Shown piece after piece: positions 18,430-28,548 of a stretch of DNA of 64,000 nt. The translations under genes and the position numbers were made by a program. Every line of letters begins with the position of its first letter. Position 1 is the stretch's first letter. The DNA lies in contig OY764159.1 of assembly GCA_963668175.1 (NCBI GenBank), forward strand, positions 1,120,001 to 1,184,000, given 5' to 3'. The stretch is from Syntrophales bacterium. GTDB lineage: Bacteria > Desulfobacterota > Syntrophia > Syntrophales > PHBD01. The notes beneath the pieces are model-generated. The model searched no databases and was not told the origin of the DNA. It saw only the letters and a program-made list of their open reading frames with translations.

Positions 18430-19567
18430 GAAGAATGTTCTGTCCAAGGCGAAGAGAGTCCTGATCAAAATCGGCAGCGCCGTTCTGACGGGATCGGACG
18501 GACTGGACCGCCAGATCATCGATCAACTTGTCGACGAGATGGCGTCGTTGGAACGGTCGGGCCACCAGATCGTCATCGTGACGTCCGGCGCCATCGCTTC
18601 CGGCAAGCATCGGATGGGGTTAACCGGTCCTTTGAAGAGCATGCCCCAGAAGCAGGCGGCTGCGGCCATCGGCCAGGGCAGGCTGATGCGCGTCTACTCC
18701 AACGCCTTCGGCAGGCACAACCTGTATGTGGCCCAGATTCTTCTGATCAGCAGCGATCTCACCGACCGGAAGCGTTACATCAACGTCAAGAATACGTTGA
18801 CGACGCTCATGGATTGGAGCGTCATCCCTATCATCAACGAGAACGATTCCGTTGCCGTCGACGAGATCAAGTTCGGCGACAACGACCATCTGGCCGCCAT
18901 GATCGCGAATCTCATGGAAGCGGATCTGGTCGTCAACCTGACGATCACGGACGGGTTGTACGACAAGAATCCGGAGAAATCGAAGAAGGCCAAAGTGATC
19001 AGCCTGGTGAAGGAATTCACCGACGATATCGAATCCGCGGCCACCAAGGAGACCTCCGACGTCGGCAGCGGAGGTATGAGAAGCAAGGTCCTGGCGGCGA
19101 AAAAAGTGGTGGCCTCGGGAATACCGTACATCATAGCCCCCGGTAAAAGGAAGAACATACTGACGGACATCTTTGCCGGTGAGGAATTGGGAACGCTCTT
19201 CCTGCCGTCGAAACAGCACCTGAACAGCAGAAAATACTGGATCGCCTTCACCTTGAGATCGCGGGGCCGACTCGTCCTCGACGAAGGGGCCAAGAAGGCC
19301 CTCGTCGGAGGGGGAAAGAGCCTGCTGCCGTCCGGCATCGTCGATGTCGAAGGTGAGTTCGGCATCGGCGATCCTGTCGTTTGCGTCGATTGCGACGGAA
19401 TCATCCTGGCCAAGGGGCTTGTCAGCTATTGTTCTGCGGACATCAAGAAAATCATGGGCTTAAAGACGAATAAGATTGAGCAGGTCCTGGGATACAAGGA
19501 TTACGATGAGGTGATCCACCGGGACAATCTTGCCGTCAACAAGGAAAGCAGGAAAGTCAAGGCGTAG
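18416..19567 (+). CDS. proB: Glutamate 5-kinase with PUA domain
   Basis: KIGSAVL, NENDSV, FGDND, GSGGM. Confidence 0.96.
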   Translation: MDTIRKNVLSKAKRVLIKIGSAVLTGSDGLDRQIIDQLVDEMASLERSGHQIVIVTSGAIASGKHRMGLTGPLKSMPQKQAAAAIGQGRLMRVYSNAFGRHNLYVAQILLISSDLTDRKRYINVKNTLTTLMDWSVIPIINENDSVAVDEIKFGDNDHLAAMIANLMEADLVVNLTITDGLYDKNPEKSKKAKVISLVKEFTDDIESAATKETSDVGSGGMRSKVLAAKKVVASGIPYIIAPGKRKNILTDIFAGEELGTLFLPSKQHLNSRKYWIAFTLRSRGRLVLDEGAKKALVGGGKSLLPSGIVDVEGEFGIGDPVVCVDCDGIILAKGLVSYCSADIKKIMGLKTNKIEQVLGYKDYDEVIHRDNLAVNKESRKVKA

Positions 19568-19867
19568 CAGTATCCCCCCGTCCTTTGCCGCCGGCCCCCG
19601 TCGGATTCACGGACCGGCCTCAAATGGATTGCAGTACCTGCCCTGGGTCGACCAGACCCGTCGATGAACGGACGCCCATCCATCCCGTTGATGCCTGAAG
19701 TCCGGATCGATAGCCCGGGAGCGTTTCGGCGGGAGATGAGCGCGTTTCGTCGGTCCGTCGGCGGTCAATAACGCCGTTACGGTCGGGACCGGACCGACAA
19801 ACAGGATTGACATTGACGGCGTCGATTTGTATAAAACAGCCATGCATGACGAGGAGACAAGCGGGCC

Positions 19868-20539
19868 GTGAAGCGTTTAAAGCCCGGTTTTACGATTACG
19901 ATTGCTTTTGAGACGGGCGATGACGGCCAGCGTCTGAAGACCATGGTTTATGATGTCCAGGGAAAGAGTCTCGTCCTTTCCCAGACCTCGCCGCCCATGC
20001 TCCAGTCCCATGTAGGCAAATGGGTCAAAGTATCCTTTGCTATTACCAGGAAGAGTTTGCAGGACATCCACCTCGTTTTCGCCGCAGAAATCGTCGATTG
20101 CCAGAACGATTATGAGATATCGCCCTCTCAGAACGTTCCGGTCATCATGCTCGAACAGAAGACCGATCTGGAGGAGATCAACTCGAGACAATTCTGCCGA
20201 ATCCGGCCGCCCGGCAACAGCAATCTGACGGTGATGATGGGCGACGATAAGATCAGCATCCTCGACATTTCCCTGGGGGGGGCCCGCCTGGCGCAGACCG
20301 GCAAGGAAGACCGCCTGCAGATGAATCAGAAGATCAATATGGCCTTTCTGATCGACGGCAGAGTCTTTAAAACGCGTGCGAAGCTCGTCCGGGTGGAAGA
20401 GGAGCGTAATGACGCACGCTCCTCCCAGGTTCAGGTTTTTGCTGTCCAGTTCGATGCCGTCGACAAGGATTTCGAACGGTTTCTCTTTAAGAAGATCATG
20501 ATGATGGAAAGGCAGATTCTGGGCGAACAAAACAGCTGA
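19868..20539 (+). CDS. PilZ domain protein (YcgR-like)
   Basis: RQFCR (RxxxR) and DISLGG motifs; TTGACA-17 nt-TATAAA upstream. Confidence 0.8.
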   Translation: MKRLKPGFTITIAFETGDDGQRLKTMVYDVQGKSLVLSQTSPPMLQSHVGKWVKVSFAITRKSLQDIHLVFAAEIVDCQNDYEISPSQNVPVIMLEQKTDLEEINSRQFCRIRPPGNSNLTVMMGDDKISILDISLGGARLAQTGKEDRLQMNQKINMAFLIDGRVFKTRAKLVRVEEERNDARSSQVQVFAVQFDAVDKDFERFLFKKIMMMERQILGEQNS

Positions 20540-20562
20540 CCCCCGGATTCGCTTCCCACAAG

Positions 20563-21126
20563 CTATCCGCCCCAGAGATGCTCGCTCAGGATTTTAAGAC
20601 CGATTCCGATCAGAACGAGACCTCCCAGAACTTCCACCTTTTTCCCGAATATTTTACCGAGTCTTCCGCCGAAGAACATGCCCGCCGCCGTCATCAGGAA
20701 CGCGGTGATACCGATGACAACACAGGGAAAGACGATAGGGACCTTCAGGAGGGCGAAGCTGAATCCCACGGCCAGGGCATCGATGCTGGTGGCAATCGAA
20801 AGCAGGACAAGCTTCCATCCCTGGGTGGGGTCGGAAACCCCTTGCTCGTCTCCGGTGCGGCGGGCGTCTGCGATCATCTTGCCTCCCACGTAGGCGAGAA
20901 GCCCGAAGGCGATCCAGTGGTCATACCCGGAAATGAGATGGGCTATGGACCCGCCCGCAAGCCAGCCGACGAGCGGCATGAAGAACTGAAACAGGCCGAA
21001 ATGGAAGGCCAGGCGGAGGGCTGCCCTGAAAGCATCCTTTCTCTGAACGACTCCGATACTGATGGCGACGGAAAAAGCGTCCATGCCGAGTGCCACGGCG
21101 ACGACTATGATAGACAGGATATCCAC
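20563..21126 (-). CDS. mntP: Manganese efflux pump MntP
   Basis: ALGMDAFSV and ATSIDALAVG repeats; hydrophobic helices. Confidence 0.9.
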   Translation of the reverse strand: MDILSIIVVAVALGMDAFSVAISIGVVQRKDAFRAALRLAFHFGLFQFFMPLVGWLAGGSIAHLISGYDHWIAFGLLAYVGGKMIADARRTGDEQGVSDPTQGWKLVLLSIATSIDALAVGFSFALLKVPIVFPCVVIGITAFLMTAAGMFFGGRLGKIFGKKVEVLGGLVLIGIGLKILSEHLWGG

Positions 21127-21278
21127 AAAACCTCACAGTCCGATATGTATGAATGCCGCATCCCGTATTCCAGGCCGGTCCCCGGCGTCAGTCACAAGCC
21201 GGAGGCGGGATGGCGACGGCTATACGGAATAGGTTGTTTTTCGCCGGAGAGGGCAATGCTTCACCGATGCCCTGTTCC

Positions 21279-23150
21279 TCATGTCTCCGGGATTTCACCG
21301 TCGGGCGGACGGTTGAAGAAGCCATGGATCGTCTCGGCGAGCTTCCGACCGATACCGGGAACTTCCTGAAGTTCTTCCACGGATGCCTCCCGGACCTTCC
21401 GGGTATTTCCGAAATATTTGAGCAACGACGTCTTCTTCCGTGTGCCTATTCCCGACATACCGTCCATGACCGAAACCAGGTCGGCCTTCTCTTTCACATT
21501 CCGGTGGTACGTGATGGCGAAGCGATGGGCCTCGTCCCTGATCCGCTGGAGCATGAAGAGGGCCGCCGGCCAACGGGAGAGGTAGACCGGGTCCTTCTTC
21601 TGCGGCAGGTAGACGCGATCCTGCCCCTTCTGCAGCGCGGCGGACCGGCCGAAAGGACCATCCGCTGTTTCGACGCCGCTTTCGTTCCTCGCCTTGGCCA
21701 GGCTGATCACATCGACGCCGTCGATGCCCAGGTCCTTGATCACCGAAAGGGCGACCGAAAGATGACCCTTTCCCCCGTCGATGACGATCAGATCGGGCAG
21801 ATTCTCCCCGGTTTCATACCGGCGTTTCAGCATCTCGTAGATCATCCCGTAATCGTCGGACCCCTCGACAGTCCTGATGCGGAACCTTCGATAACCCTGC
21901 TTCCAGGGCTGGCCGTCTTTGAAGACGACCATGGAACCCACGGCAAAGCGGCCGCCGATATTGGAAATGTCGAAACATTCGATGCGGGCCGGTAGATTCT
22001 TCAGCTTGAGTTTCTGCCGGAGGATCGCCATGGCTTCGTCACGGTCGCGGCCGGCGAGACGCTCCGTCCGGAAGGAGTCCTCGGCGTTATGCATGGCAAT
22101 GTCGAGGAGCTTCCTGGTCTGTCCCTTTTGGGGATGAACGATGGATGCGCGTTTTCCCCTTCTGTCGGACAGCCATTCCTCCATGACATCCTCGTCTTCG
22201 AGGACGAAGGGGACGACGATTTCGGCAGGGATGTAGGCGCCGCCGTCGTAGTGCCGCTTGATCGTCGCCGACAGGATTTCGGATGTTTCCGTTCCGATTT
22301 TCGCCAGGGGAAACGTCTTTTTCCCCAGCAGCTTGCCCTGACGGACATCGAGCAAACATACCTGCGTCAGGTCGCCTTCCCGATATATTCCGAATACATC
22401 CTGTTCTCTTTCGGATACGGAGGCGATTCTCTGCTTCTCGACGGTCTCCTCGATGGCGGCCATGCGGTCCCGGAGTCTGGCCGCTTCCTCGAAACGGAGA
22501 TCCGAGGAGGCTGTATGCATCCTGGCGCGAAGTTCGGAGACGAGCGTCCCGGTCCGTCCTTCGAGAAAGGCGATACTTTCCCGCGCTATTTCTCCATAGG
22601 CGGCCGCATCGACGAGGCCCACGCAGGGGGCCAGGCAGCGGCCGATCTCGTATTCGAGGCATGGCCGCCTTCTCGCCTTCAGTTCCTCGTCGCGGCAGGT
22701 TCGCAGAGGGAACAAGGGTTGAAGAAACCGCAGGGTCTCCCTGGCCGAAGAGCTTGATGGGTAAGGACCGAAGTACTTGGCCTTTCCGGGCTTCGGCCGT
22801 CTCACCAGCTGGAACCGCGGAAAGGGGTGGTCGAGGTCGATCTTCAGGTTGAAGTAGGTCTTGTCGTCCCGGAAGTAAACATTGTAGCGCGGCCGGTGTT
22901 CCTTGATAAGGTTGTTTTCGAGGATGAGGGCTTCCTTCTCCGTCGCGGTGACGATGAAGTCGATATCGGCCGTCCTGGCCACGAGAAAAGGAACCATCGG
23001 GCGGGCATCCGTCCCGCCAAAATAAGCCCGGATCCTGCTTCGCAGATCCTTGGCCTTACCGACGTAGAGTATCCGCCCGTCCTTGTCCTTCATGGCATAG
23101 ACGCCGGGCGTCCGGGGGGCGTTCGTGATCTTGTCGTTTATATTCCTCAT
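21279..23150 (-). CDS. uvrC: Excinuclease ABC subunit C
   Basis: GIY-YIG (PGVY..YVGKA), ECFDISN, IDGGKG, RDEAHRFA, HhH. Confidence 0.97.
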   Translation of the reverse strand: MRNINDKITNAPRTPGVYAMKDKDGRILYVGKAKDLRSRIRAYFGGTDARPMVPFLVARTADIDFIVTATEKEALILENNLIKEHRPRYNVYFRDDKTYFNLKIDLDHPFPRFQLVRRPKPGKAKYFGPYPSSSSARETLRFLQPLFPLRTCRDEELKARRRPCLEYEIGRCLAPCVGLVDAAAYGEIARESIAFLEGRTGTLVSELRARMHTASSDLRFEEAARLRDRMAAIEETVEKQRIASVSEREQDVFGIYREGDLTQVCLLDVRQGKLLGKKTFPLAKIGTETSEILSATIKRHYDGGAYIPAEIVVPFVLEDEDVMEEWLSDRRGKRASIVHPQKGQTRKLLDIAMHNAEDSFRTERLAGRDRDEAMAILRQKLKLKNLPARIECFDISNIGGRFAVGSMVVFKDGQPWKQGYRRFRIRTVEGSDDYGMIYEMLKRRYETGENLPDLIVIDGGKGHLSVALSVIKDLGIDGVDVISLAKARNESGVETADGPFGRSAALQKGQDRVYLPQKKDPVYLSRWPAALFMLQRIRDEAHRFAITYHRNVKEKADLVSVMDGMSGIGTRKKTSLLKYFGNTRKVREASVEELQEVPGIGRKLAETIHGFFNRPPDGEIPET

Positions 23151-23195
23151 GCCGATTTCCGGGGCCCATGATCGTCTTTAAGACCCGTCCTGCTC

Positions 23196-23516
23196 CTACT
23201 TCTTCTTCGAGGCCTTTTTCGCCTGCTTGGCCAGGGTTTTGAGCATTTTCTTGTCTGTTTTGTCAATGGCCGTACCGGACGGGACGGGGGAGGGAGGGGT
23301 ACCGACTTCCCCTTCGGGGCCGGTGACCTTCACATCGGCCTGGGGGATGTCGTTCGGGACAGGAGGAAGGGACGGACCGGCAGGGGACGGATCGGCCTTT
23401 TGCGCCCGCATTTTCGCCAGGACCGCCTGTGCAAGGACCTTGCCGAAATGGCCTATAAAAGCCGCCACGAGGACGATCAGAACCCATTGAATAACGGACC
23501 AGACACTGAATTCCAT
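23196..23516 (-). CDS. Membrane-anchored hypothetical protein
   Basis: N-terminal TM helix, Pro-rich linker, basic tail; co-oriented within the mobB-uvrC run. Confidence 0.6.
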   Translation of the reverse strand: MEFSVWSVIQWVLIVLVAAFIGHFGKVLAQAVLAKMRAQKADPSPAGPSLPPVPNDIPQADVKVTGPEGEVGTPPSPVPSGTAIDKTDKKMLKTLAKQAKKASKKK

Positions 23517-23592
23517 AACATCATGCAAAATACTTATCGGACCATGACCATATCCCTGCCGCTTTCCGGCGATGACGGCTGAGTCCGAGGTC

Positions 23593-24084
23593 TTATTTGA
23601 GAAACCGCTCCTCGATGAAATCGGCCAAACCCCTGGCGTCGTCGATGTCGAAACGCGGCACCCCGGCCTCCGGGGGATTGTCGCCGGCGATGGCGATCAG
23701 GTTGTCTTCCGCCTGACAAAGCAGATCCCGTTTCAAAACCGCCCGGAAGACCTCGATTTTGGGATGGGGGTTTTTCTTGAAACCCTCCGACAGGATCAGG
23801 TCGACGTTGCGGATATAGCGCTCCCGAAGCTCCGCGATCTCGAAGTCGGTGTCCGTGTCTTCTATGGTGGCCACCTGGTGGGGGGAAGCCACGACGGTCA
23901 GCACCGCCCCCGCTTTCTTGTGGCGCCAGCTGTCCTTGCCTTCATGGTCGATCTCGAATCCGTGGCGGTTGTGCTTGATCGTGGCGATCCGGTAGCCCCT
24001 GGCGGTCAGGTCGCGGATGAGCTTCTCGATCAGGGTGGTCTTCCCCGAGTTCGACTTGCCGACGATGGATACAATGGGAATCAT
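23593..24084 (-). CDS. mobB: Molybdopterin-guanine dinucleotide biosynthesis protein B
   Basis: GKSNSGKTT, IKHNRH, GKDSWRH, EGFK. Confidence 0.93.
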   Translation of the reverse strand: MIPIVSIVGKSNSGKTTLIEKLIRDLTARGYRIATIKHNRHGFEIDHEGKDSWRHKKAGAVLTVVASPHQVATIEDTDTDFEIAELRERYIRNVDLILSEGFKKNPHPKIEVFRAVLKRDLLCQAEDNLIAIAGDNPPEAGVPRFDIDDARGLADFIEERFLK

Positions 24085-24094
24085 CCGTCTTTTC

Positions 24095-24397
24095 TCATCC
24101 CCGGGGAACGAAAGGTTTGAATTCGTATTCCTTGTCGCGGACGGCGAACACCATCCGTTCCTCCTCGTTGACTTTCATTCTCCCTTCGATGACGCGTTTG
24201 CAGCCGAAGTCGTAGAAGGTGATCTGGTGGGAGGGCACGCTCGCCTCGTCCAGGTCGGGGTACGACCTCTCCCGTTCATCCGCCGACAGTGCCCTGACGG
24301 TCAGCTTCTGGCATCGTTCCCGCTCCTCCGCATTGCCTAAGCGGATGATGACGACGTAGTTTCCGTGAAATTTGATCGGCATCCTGATCGTTTCCAT
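24095..24397 (-). CDS. Hypothetical protein
   Basis: GGAGGTG RBS before ATG 24397; coding-like composition. Confidence 0.65.
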   Translation of the reverse strand: METIRMPIKFHGNYVVIIRLGNAEERERCQKLTVRALSADERERSYPDLDEASVPSHQITFYDFGCKRVIEGRMKVNEEERMVFAVRDKEYEFKPFVPRG

Positions 24398-24456
24398 GGT
24401 TTCACCTCCGGGCATTTATGATGGGTCCAAAAGCGACAATAAACGACTTTAGCGGC

Positions 24457-25440
24457 CTATCTCAATGAATCGTCGATGATGCGGGATACGGCATCTTTGA
24501 AAGAGATCCCGGCCTCTTCGACGCACCAGGCAAAACCGCCGTCCGGCGAGAGGCAGGGGTTTGTGTTGATTTCCATGACCCAGGGCGTGCCGTTCTTGTC
24601 CACCCGGAAGTCGACGCGGGCATAACCCTTGAGGCCGAATGCCTCCCAGCACCGGTTCGTCATATCTTTCAGGCGGGAAAGAAGAGGACCGTCTTCCTCC
24701 GTGAAATCGAAACACGCGAGGATGTTCTGGAACTCGAACGATTCTTCGTCCCATTTTGCCCGGTAGGTGAGGAGCTTTGGCTTTCCTTCGGGATAGTTGT
24801 TGAAGCGGACTTCCGCCGGGGGAAGGATCTGATGGCCCCCGTCTCCGGCGAGAACGGCCAGGTTGAATTCCCGCCCTTCGATAAAAGGTTCGGCCAGACA
24901 AGGCCCGCCGAGCTTGGTCCTGAAATCGTCCAGGGCCTTGCGGAGTTGCTCGGGGCTGGAGACGTCGACAAGGGAACTCTCGTCGATTCCAATGGAGGCG
25001 TGTTCCCAGACCGATTTGACAATATAACGGCCCCCGGAAAAATCGCCGTCGGCGCCGTCGCCGTGCGACCGCCAGGGGATGGTCGGGATGCCGGCCCCTT
25101 TCAATATTTTCTTGGCGACGATTTTGTTGGATGTCATGAATATCGCCTCGGCGGTAGCGCCGGTGTAGGGTATGCCGATCGTGTCGAGGACGGAGGGCAC
25201 GACGTGAATGAGGTTGCCGCGCCCGTTGAGCGCTTCCACGAGGTTGAAGATGGCGTCGGGGCCGACGGCAGCAAGGGTTTCGGCCATTCGGGCGAGATTC
25301 ATGGACACAGGGACGGGCACGGGCTCGTGCCCGAGCTCCTTCAAGGTTTCGGAAATGATATCCACCTGGTCCAGGGTATCGAGCTCGTCTACGCTCGCCT
25401 CGTCGGGAATTTCGCCGTGCAGCACAACTATTTTCATCAA
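24457..25440 (-). CDS. D-Ala-D-Ala ligase-like ATP-grasp protein (second copy)
   Basis: FNLVEA, KSVWEHASIGI, GREFN, RVDFR, EINTNP. Confidence 0.85.
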   Translation of the reverse strand: MMKIVVLHGEIPDEASVDELDTLDQVDIISETLKELGHEPVPVPVSMNLARMAETLAAVGPDAIFNLVEALNGRGNLIHVVPSVLDTIGIPYTGATAEAIFMTSNKIVAKKILKGAGIPTIPWRSHGDGADGDFSGGRYIVKSVWEHASIGIDESSLVDVSSPEQLRKALDDFRTKLGGPCLAEPFIEGREFNLAVLAGDGGHQILPPAEVRFNNYPEGKPKLLTYRAKWDEESFEFQNILACFDFTEEDGPLLSRLKDMTNRCWEAFGLKGYARVDFRVDKNGTPWVMEINTNPCLSPDGGFAWCVEEAGISFKDAVSRIIDDSLR

Positions 25441-25643
25441 CAGGACTCCTCATGACGCTCTTGGATAAAGCCGACGGACCACATTCCCGCCGTTCTTACG
25501 GCGTTGTCCGTTCAGTCCGCATTCTGCTTCGCTCCCCATCTCCGGCCGCTACGGCTGCGTGACAGAATTCCGGCCAGGGGAGAAAAGCAGTTACCGTATA
25601 TTCGTTCATACTCTTTTTGCGAATTTTTTTAAAGACGGCAAAA

Positions 25644-26633
25644 TCAAATTCGCTTTTTTTCGCCGAGACGCTTGCAGGCCGATGCTAACATTCTGCCGAT
25701 GAGGTCCTGGTAGGATATGCCGGCCAGACTGCAAATAATGGGGAGATCGGAGTGTACAGGGTGCAGTCCCGCCAGGGGATTGACTTCCAGGAAGTGGAGG
25801 GCTCCATTGTCGTCGGCGCGAAGGTCGACCCGTCCGCCGTCGCGGCAACCCAAACCCCGCCAGGCCGCCAGGGCGATTTTTTTAGCGTCGTCGGCCAATG
25901 TACCGTCGAGAAGCCGGTACTCCACGCGTTCCCGGTAGTTTTCCTTGTTGGCATACGAGTAGATGTCCTTCTCGGCCTTCTCCTTGAGGAATATCTCCAG
26001 GATGCCCAGTACCTCAGCCTCTTCTCCCGTGCCGACGATGCCGACGGTGAATTCCCGGCCGGGGAGAAATGTCTCCACAAGAAGCGGCTGTTCCTGAGAG
26101 GAAAGCAAGCACCGGCATGTTTGGGAAAGTTCGGCGAACGATTCCACCCGGGAGGATGCGTCGATGCCCTTGCTGGTGCCCTCGGCAACCGGTTTGACAA
26201 ACAGGGGATAGGGCAGCCGGACGGCCTCTATGTCCTTTTCGTCTGCGACGACGGCAAAGGCGGGAGTTGCGATGCCGAGGTCGCGGATAATATGCTTGGT
26301 CATTCCCTTATGGAGCGTGACAGCGAGCACCAGGGCGTCGGAAAAGACATAGGGTATCCGGTAGGCGTCGAGGAGGGCCGGTACCTGGGCTTCCCGGCCA
26401 TAACCGTACAGGCCTTCCGCAATATTGAAGACCATATCCCAGCGATCGCCCGAGGAGAGTCGCTTCGCCAGGGCCTTGACGGAGCCTATCCGGTCGGTCT
26501 GATGCCCTGAAGCCGACAGGGCCGCGTCGATGGCTTCGATCGTGTCGGGACGGTCGAATTCGGCCGTCTCCATCTCGGTGTAGCCTTCCGAAAGGTAGTC
26601 GTTACGCAGGTCGTAAGTGATGCCGATCAGCAT
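25644..26633 (-). CDS. D-Ala-D-Ala ligase-like ATP-grasp protein (first copy)
   Basis: FNIAEG, KPVAEGTSKGI, GREFTVG, RVDLR, EVNPLAG. Confidence 0.85.
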   Translation of the reverse strand: MLIGITYDLRNDYLSEGYTEMETAEFDRPDTIEAIDAALSASGHQTDRIGSVKALAKRLSSGDRWDMVFNIAEGLYGYGREAQVPALLDAYRIPYVFSDALVLAVTLHKGMTKHIIRDLGIATPAFAVVADEKDIEAVRLPYPLFVKPVAEGTSKGIDASSRVESFAELSQTCRCLLSSQEQPLLVETFLPGREFTVGIVGTGEEAEVLGILEIFLKEKAEKDIYSYANKENYRERVEYRLLDGTLADDAKKIALAAWRGLGCRDGGRVDLRADDNGALHFLEVNPLAGLHPVHSDLPIICSLAGISYQDLIGRMLASACKRLGEKKRI

Positions 26634-26783
26634 CGGCTATCCTCCAGCAATCTTAGCCGTCGCCGTTTTCCGCAATTTCCCGCTTCTTCCGTGCGGGGGC
26701 GGCAGGCCGGAACGGCACGGAACCGTCCGCAGTCTTCCTCTCCGGACCGCGGCAGCGGATAATTACAGGTACGACAGGGTACG

Positions 26784-28097
26784 TCAATTGATTTCCCCGG
26801 CCGGCATAAGACAGTCGGGGTAACGGTAGGTCCGTCCCTGGTAATTCTTCAAGAGCAGATCCTGGCCATCCCTGCCCATGACGTACTCGGGCAGCAGGGG
26901 GATCTTGCCGCCCCCGCCCGGAGCGTCGATGACATAGGCTGGTACTGCGTATCCGGTTGTGTGGCCTCTCAAACCCTTGATGATTTCCAGTCCTTTCGAG
27001 ACGGGGGTCCGGAAATGAGACGACCCTGGAATCGGGTCACATTGGTAGAGATAGTACGGTCGCACTCTGATTTGCAGCAATCCGTGGAAGAGCCTCTTCA
27101 TGGTATCCAGATTGTCGTTGATGCCGGCAAGCAACACCGTCTGGCTGCCGAGGGGGATACCCGCATCGGCCAGGCGTATGCAGGCCTGCTGCATTTCGGG
27201 GGTCAGCTCTTCCGGATGGGTGACATGGAGGCTGATCCAGATAGGATGAAAACGTTTCAGAACACGGGTCAGCTCCGAAGTGATGCGGAAGGGCATGACT
27301 ACGGGCGCCTTGGTGCCGATGCGGATCAATTCCACATGGGGGATTTTCTTCAGTCTCGACAGAATCCATTCCAGTCTGCCGTCGGAAAAGGTCAGGGGGT
27401 CGCCGCCGGAAAGGAGCACGTCGCGAACGGTATGGTTGGAGGCGATATAAGAGATTGCTTCTTCCCACTGCGAGGGACCGAAAGAATTCTCGCCCGACAT
27501 GCTGACGATGCGCGAGCGGGTGCAGTAGCGGCAATAGGTGGAACAGCGGCTTGTCATCAGGAAGAGAACGCGATCGGGATAACGGTGCACGATGCAGGGA
27601 ACGGGACTGTCTTTCTCTTCGCCCAAGGGGTCGCTGGTCTCCCCTTCGCTCAGCGTATTTTCGGAAATAACCGGGACCACCGTGCGCCGCAGGGGATGGG
27701 AAACGTCGACGCGATCGATCAGGCTCGCGTAATACGGGGTGATCGTTACGGGCAGGCGACGCGTACGGTTCTGAACCATGGCGTGCCGTTCTTCCTCCGA
27801 CAGCCAAAGGATCTGTCCCAAGGTCTGCACGTCGCGGATGCGATTGCGAAGCTGCCATCGCCAATCCTGCCATTCTGCGAGGGTTACTTTGGGGAAAAAA
27901 TGACGCCGGAAATCCCGCGATTGGGGACTGTCTTTGAAACGGGGCAAGTCCCGCGCCGATCTGATCGGCACGATGGAAGGGGCACTATAACTTTTCGGTT
28001 TGTCAAAAGCGCTATCTTCTAAATTTTCAAGACCGACCATGCCGGTGATATCGCCTGGAGGTTCAACTTCCTCGTTGACGATGGTCTTGCGTTCCAT
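26784..28097 (-). CDS. KamA-family radical SAM/PLP aminomutase (lysine 2,3-aminomutase-like)
   Basis: HRYPDRV, CSTYCRYC, SGGDP, YQCD, DAPGGGGK (PLP lysine). Confidence 0.92.
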   Translation of the reverse strand: MERKTIVNEEVEPPGDITGMVGLENLEDSAFDKPKSYSAPSIVPIRSARDLPRFKDSPQSRDFRRHFFPKVTLAEWQDWRWQLRNRIRDVQTLGQILWLSEEERHAMVQNRTRRLPVTITPYYASLIDRVDVSHPLRRTVVPVISENTLSEGETSDPLGEEKDSPVPCIVHRYPDRVLFLMTSRCSTYCRYCTRSRIVSMSGENSFGPSQWEEAISYIASNHTVRDVLLSGGDPLTFSDGRLEWILSRLKKIPHVELIRIGTKAPVVMPFRITSELTRVLKRFHPIWISLHVTHPEELTPEMQQACIRLADAGIPLGSQTVLLAGINDNLDTMKRLFHGLLQIRVRPYYLYQCDPIPGSSHFRTPVSKGLEIIKGLRGHTTGYAVPAYVIDAPGGGGKIPLLPEYVMGRDGQDLLLKNYQGRTYRYPDCLMPAGEIN

Positions 28098-28548
28098 GCA
28101 ATGACGCCTCCTTTCCCTTGAGGGGTGGTTCGCTCTTCCCGGATATTTCAGTCTTGAAGACCATCTTTCGGTGCCTCTTCGGGAACGCTTTTGTAAAAAA
28201 TCGTTTATCCTTTTTAACCTGTAATGTCAACAGCATTTCGCGTATCTTTTCATTTTTTTTGTATCCGGTTCGTCGGACTGCGGGAAGAAAAAAACGGACG
28301 GCGTTTTTTTGGCAACGTAAGGAATCTCACAGCCGGAGCGGGTTGCCTCGAATCATCCATTTATCGTTGACAGGTCTTCCCGGCTATTTTATAGAGAAAA
28401 TCATGAGGCCGCGGTTTTGCAGATGTTCCCGCCGGGGCTGCAACAGACCCGATTTCCGAGGGTCAGGCAGCGGCCGCAATGTTATCTCAGGCCGACGGAT
28501 GAGAATTGCACAAAGCAGCCGCAATTGATTGAAGGAAGGAGGAGCCGA

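Noticed and set aside
21130..21278. Riboswitch upstream of mntP (yybP-ykoY expected; GTGACTGACG..CCGG-GGA-CCGG resembles a ZTP 5' half)
   Set aside because: No GGGGAGTAGC/GAGAC yybP-ykoY core, and the ZTP 3' pseudoknot hairpin (GCCG..CGYC.TGGGC) is absent.
26784..28097. Calling the aminomutase EpmB or AblA
   Set aside because: No efp/epmA or ablB next to it; the full-length KamA-type protein is linked to ATP-grasp ligases instead.
28400..28545. Possible riboswitch in the mutM leader (CTCAGG motif)
   Set aside because: The remaining glycine-aptamer consensus (GGAGA, CCGAAG) is missing and the gene context does not fit.
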